A DNA stretch of 56,319 nt, from positions 1-56,319 of IMG/VR virus record IMGVR_UViG_3300020478_000009; one strand, given 5' to 3'. Positions 52,323-56,319 of this stretch are shown here, piece by piece; position 1 is the stretch's first letter; each line of letters begins with the position of its first letter. The notes beneath the pieces were generated by a model. It was not told the DNA's origin. It searched no databases and saw only the letters and a list, made by a program, of their open reading frames with translations. Both the position numbers and the translations under genes were made by a program. Source of the stretch: a virus (taxonomy: Duplodnaviria; Caudoviricetes).

Positions 52323-55300
52323 AGCGCTGCAGGCTTTTACTGGGTAGATTACTGGGTAATTTACTGGGTTTACTGGGTAATTCAGGCTCTTTATACCCCA
52401 GAGCAGTTAGAAAACCCTATAAAATCAAGAGTTTTGATATACCGGGATGTCCCAGCTCCTCTAAGAGCCTGTCACGGGGGTTAATAGCCTCAGGCGCTCT
52501 AATTGCTCTTCTAAGCGTTTCTTGTGCAGAAGCAACTAAATCTACAAATGTATCAGCTGGGGAAGCCCCAGATGAGCTTGTAGAGCCTGTAGAAGCTAAT
52601 TCTGAAGTTAGTAATACAGAAATTACCACTGGGAAAATAGGAGCTGGAGAAACAGGTTCAGGAGCTGGAGAAACAGGTTCCCAGAACAGGGCTATTCGGG
52701 CTTCTACTGGGTATAAGCCTGTCAAAGATGGCTTTGGTTTCGAGAATTTTGGTGGAGGAGAAGCTCCGGCTGAGTTAACAGTGAACATGACACGCAGATT
52801 TTATGGTGATAATCAAGTCTGTTCAGATGTAACAGACAACGAATGCACACCTTACCCAGTTATTTTACAGCTAATCGCTCAGGCTAACAGGTCAATGCAG
52901 GGAGGCTTATGTGAAGGTTTAACGGTTCTTTCCTTGCGATTAGCTAACGACCTGAAAGCTCTTACAGGCTTTCAAGATGTTGAAGATGTAGCTTCGCTAA
53001 TTAAAGAAGATCCGGCTCTCCTCTCGGAGATTGCTTACTGGTATGTAACCCAGTTTGCTATCGAAGTTCAGCAAGAAGCCGCACAGTTTTTAGAACTTTC
53101 TCCTTTAGCTTTAGCTCGTATTCTTTACGAAGATTTCGCTAAAGCAGAAACTGGTGAACCTTCAGTCGGTTACACGATGGGTATTTACTCTGAGCAAGGA
53201 GGACACGCTGTTACTCCATACAAAGTTGAAACTAATGGAGATATTTGGCGCATTTACATTTACGATTCCAACTGGCCTACAGCTGAAAGATGGATAGATG
53301 TAGATGAAGATGGTTGGAGTTATGCGTTAGCCGCAACTAATCCAACAGAAAAAGCTGAAGCTTGGGGTGGTGGGATTGGCACAATGGAACTCACACCTAT
53401 GACGGTAAGAAATGGGCCGTTCACTTGTGCTTTTTGTCCATCTGATAAAGAAGAAAAATCTGGAACTCTTTTAACTGTTGCCGCTTCAGGTAGCAAGCAA
53501 ATGGCTTTACAGATTGAAACTCCAGAAGGAAACCGTTTAGGGTATTACGATGGTTCTTTTGTAAATGAAATTGAAGGTGCTACTTATCGGTATCTGATTT
53601 CCGGACCTAGCACCGCTGATCCAGTAATGGTTTTTTTACCACCGGGAGTAGATGATTTCAGTGCAGATGTAGACGTTATTGATGTTCCCACTCCGGGAGA
53701 TTCTTCATCGTCTGTCCAATCCTCCCCCTCGATTCCTCAAGAATCGGAGGTCAGTATCCCACCGGAGCAGGAACCTATTACAGAAAATATCACACAACAG
53801 TTTTCATTACTGATTTTAGATGAAGAGAAATCAGTTCAAATTGAAGCTGAGGTAATTGAAGAAGAACCAATTTCTGCGGAGATAACAGGTGAACCGGAGA
53901 TTGCAGAATCTTTAATCAATTTTTCTGAAGAATCTGTAGAGATAGCCGACATTGAAGAAGCGGCAGTCGCTATCGCTGTAGATGCTTTAGAAGTAGAAAT
54001 AGACGTAGAGCAAGGTCAACAGGTGGCTGTCCAATTCGTTCCTGAGCCACCGCCTGTAGTAGAAGCAGGACAACCTGAACCAGTTGTAGAAGCTCCAGCA
54101 ATGTTAGATATTTCTATTGCTGATGACACAGGTGAAGTGCTTGCAGAAGTAGAGGTTGATTTAACTCCTTTCCGTGTTGAGGACAGACAGGAAGAGACAG
54201 AGCTAGAAGAAGAACCTGAACAAGCTCCCATAGTGCTTGCGATTTCGTTTGATGAGGAGATCGGTGAAATAGAACAAGTAGAAGAGTCTATCGAAGCTTG
54301 GGTGGCTTCAGACGCAGAATACTTTCAAGCAATCGTAGAGGATCGGTTAGATGAAGTATTAGGTGAAATTTATGTTGAGGAATTAGAAGAACGAGAAGAG
54401 TGGGAACTTCCTGAAGAATTTTTTGAAGAAGAATTTGATTTATTAGACACGCTATTAGCAGTTGAAGAAGAGTACTGGGAAGATGAACACTGGGAAGAGA
54501 TTGAGTATGACGAGGAATGGTTTGAAGAAATTGAATTAGCCGAAATTGAGTTATTCGGTGTTTACGAAGAAGAAGAGTGGTGGGATGAAGAAGAATGGAT
54601 AGAAGAAGATGAATGGTTTGAAGAAATTTGGATTGAAGAAGAATGGATCGAAGAACAATTTGATCCTGAACAATTATTTGAAAGATTTGAGGAACAAGAA
54701 AATGAAGAATTATTGGAAGAAATTTTTGATGAATTTGAAGAGTTTGAATTTGAAGAAGAAGGAGAAGAAGAACTCCTCGAAGAAGAGTGGTGGTTGGAAG
54801 AACCCGAAGGGCTTCCCGAATCCTTTGAGGAAATAGACTTTGAGGAAGAGTGGGAGGAAGAGTGGAACGAACTTCCTCCTACTACCACATGGATGGAAGA
54901 GTGGGATTTTGACGAGTTCGGTGAAATACCTGAAGATATGCTCGGATGGTCAGACGAAGATTTTGATTTATTTGAAACATTTTTAGATAACACAATAGAA
55001 GAAGAAGAATTAGAAGTCTGGGAGGAAGATCCTTTTCTTAACACTGAGGAAGAATGGGAAGAATGGGAAGATGAGTTTTGGTTTGAAGATTCTGAACTAG
55101 AAGATGATTGGGTAGATGATTGGATAGAAGAGGAGGAAGAAATTGAAGAAGAAGAAGAAACCCCACCACTTGAAGAAGAAGAATGGGAGAGTAACACCGA
55201 AGAAGAAGCTGATGAGTTCAGCGAGCTTGCCGAAATCATAGAGGAGGAATGGGATAATCCTTACGCAGATTGCATAGGCACTTCAGCTTGTGAAAATGCA

Positions 55301-56260
55301 CCAAGCGGTTTTGATAGTTGGGAATCTTGGGAAGCGGCAAACAATCCTAATTATGTAGCACCTGAAGTGGGTGATCCTGATTACATACCACCGCCTCCAC
55401 CTCCACCAGTTTATGTCCCTGTTTATTGGGGTTACAACGATGATTTAATTACTGAAAGATTTAGCGAGAGTAGTGAGTCAACTGTTACGACTGTTTTAGC
55501 TAGAGGCGAAGATGGACATTGGTATGAGACACACACAACAGAAACGACTGTCACAACCACGACTTACACTACAAATGGCACAGAACAATATAGTTGCGTA
55601 GATAATAGTTGTGTTTTATTAGGCACTACTTGGGGAGATGAAACAAGCGCCCAAACGGTAGCGGTAACAACTGCTACTGAGGTTGTACCTGCATCCTGCG
55701 ATCAGGGTGGATTTACTGGTCTAGGTGACTGGTGCATAGTTGATTCCAATAGCCGTAATGACCACGATTGGGTTGCGTTCTCGGTTCCTACCGCCGCTGA
55801 AGAAAACGAAGCCTGCGACTGCACAGATGGCGATGGGCTTATGGATATTCGTATAGACGCTGAAACGAACTTAACCAGAGCGCAGTTCGGGCAGAACAAT
55901 GAATGGGGAGATCCTTATATCTACCTGAACCATGACACAGACTCAGATGACGGCGACCATTCAGGGGATAGGGATGCGATAACAGTTGGTAATCAAATCG
56001 CATACAACGATGACAGCGGTAGAGATTGCGGTAATGCGTGCAGTAATCCACCTAGCACAGCAACCGATCCAGACGAAACACCGAACGTGACGCTCGCTAA
56101 CGGTGATCCTGTCATTGAAAACGTGTCAGATTCTTGGGACTCTCGCATAACAAGAGAACTTTCTGCGGGAGACTATGTAGTACGGGCTTCGGTCTATAAC
56201 AACGCCAATAGCGGATGGTATCGCTTAACAATAAGAGATGCCGATGTTACATACCCATAA
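52319..56260 (+). CDS. Giant exported acidic protein: papain-like Cys-His-Asp domain, Glu/Trp-rich tract, PPC-like C-terminal domain
   Basis: Hydrophobic signal ending VSC; GGLCEG, GGHAV, IYDSN; E/W tract ~54350-55260; DPYIYL..NDDSG..DSRI..L.AG.Y.V..Y.LTI; start codon uncertain. Confidence 0.7.
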   Translation: MKRCRLLLGRLLGNLLGLLGNSGSLYPRAVRKPYKIKSFDIPGCPSSSKSLSRGLIASGALIALLSVSCAEATKSTNVSAGEAPDELVEPVEANSEVSNTEITTGKIGAGETGSGAGETGSQNRAIRASTGYKPVKDGFGFENFGGGEAPAELTVNMTRRFYGDNQVCSDVTDNECTPYPVILQLIAQANRSMQGGLCEGLTVLSLRLANDLKALTGFQDVEDVASLIKEDPALLSEIAYWYVTQFAIEVQQEAAQFLELSPLALARILYEDFAKAETGEPSVGYTMGIYSEQGGHAVTPYKVETNGDIWRIYIYDSNWPTAERWIDVDEDGWSYALAATNPTEKAEAWGGGIGTMELTPMTVRNGPFTCAFCPSDKEEKSGTLLTVAASGSKQMALQIETPEGNRLGYYDGSFVNEIEGATYRYLISGPSTADPVMVFLPPGVDDFSADVDVIDVPTPGDSSSSVQSSPSIPQESEVSIPPEQEPITENITQQFSLLILDEEKSVQIEAEVIEEEPISAEITGEPEIAESLINFSEESVEIADIEEAAVAIAVDALEVEIDVEQGQQVAVQFVPEPPPVVEAGQPEPVVEAPAMLDISIADDTGEVLAEVEVDLTPFRVEDRQEETELEEEPEQAPIVLAISFDEEIGEIEQVEESIEAWVASDAEYFQAIVEDRLDEVLGEIYVEELEEREEWELPEEFFEEEFDLLDTLLAVEEEYWEDEHWEEIEYDEEWFEEIELAEIELFGVYEEEEWWDEEEWIEEDEWFEEIWIEEEWIEEQFDPEQLFERFEEQENEELLEEIFDEFEEFEFEEEGEEELLEEEWWLEEPEGLPESFEEIDFEEEWEEEWNELPPTTTWMEEWDFDEFGEIPEDMLGWSDEDFDLFETFLDNTIEEEELEVWEEDPFLNTEEEWEEWEDEFWFEDSELEDDWVDDWIEEEEEIEEEEETPPLEEEEWESNTEEEADEFSELAEIIEEEWDNPYADCIGTSACENAPSGFDSWESWEAANNPNYVAPEVGDPDYIPPPPPPPVYVPVYWGYNDDLITERFSESSESTVTTVLARGEDGHWYETHTTETTVTTTTYTTNGTEQYSCVDNSCVLLGTTWGDETSAQTVAVTTATEVVPASCDQGGFTGLGDWCIVDSNSRNDHDWVAFSVPTAAEENEACDCTDGDGLMDIRIDAETNLTRAQFGQNNEWGDPYIYLNHDTDSDDGDHSGDRDAITVGNQIAYNDDSGRDCGNACSNPPSTATDPDETPNVTLANGDPVIENVSDSWDSRITRELSAGDYVVRASVYNNANSGWYRLTIRDADVTYP

Positions 56261-56319
56261 GGAGGATAATGAAAGTTTGGATTGATCAAGATTTGTGTAC
56301 TGGAGATGGTTTATGCGAA
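56243..56319. repeat. 77-bp direct terminal repeat (right copy)
   Basis: Identical to 1-77. Confidence 0.95.

Noticed and set aside
54562-55239. 225-aa Ser-rich minus-strand ORF
   Set aside because: Antisense shadow of GAA-rich Glu codons in the giant protein
56243-56319. Terminal repeat as a biological DTR
   Set aside because: It is exactly 77 bp and cuts through the ferredoxin gene, as expected for a k-mer overlap of a circular assembly
1-56319. tRNA genes, introns/inteins, alternative genetic code
   Set aside because: No cloverleaf or intein motifs noticed by eye; long ORFs are intact under the standard code; tRNAscan would be needed to exclude tRNAs formally

Overview
The window looks like a complete, circularly assembled ~56.2 kb siphovirus genome: the first 77 bp recur exactly at 56243-56319. 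The host is most likely actinobacterial, based on a WhiB gene, an actinobacterial-type ferredoxin, r1t-like holin, and many leaderless TANNNT-N6/7-ATG gene starts. No integrase or clear repressor was recognised. Modules are: host-like metabolic genes (ferredoxin, homocysteine S-methyltransferase), an isolated reverse-strand large terminase, replication/recombination genes (ERF, initiator with iterons, helicase loader, SSB), two tandem C5-methyltransferases, several small-gene islands behind a shared promoter motif, a head-tail operon, a lysis cassette and a very large acidic exported protein. Four observations stand out. (1) A 1573-aa MuF head protein carries an Apk/RelA-type alarmone synthetase, two zeta-toxin kinases and a zincin-like domain, with dispersed candidate immunity genes and a distant HD hydrolase. 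(2) A Mu Com-like zinc finger gene is matched by tandem GTGWCC repeats at three translation-initiation regions. (3) Both methyltransferase genes hide a conserved +1-frame ORF with its own SD. (4) A hairpin displays an anti-Shine-Dalgarno loop complementary to the RBS of the small-gene islands. All family calls come from motif recognition by eye, not database searches.
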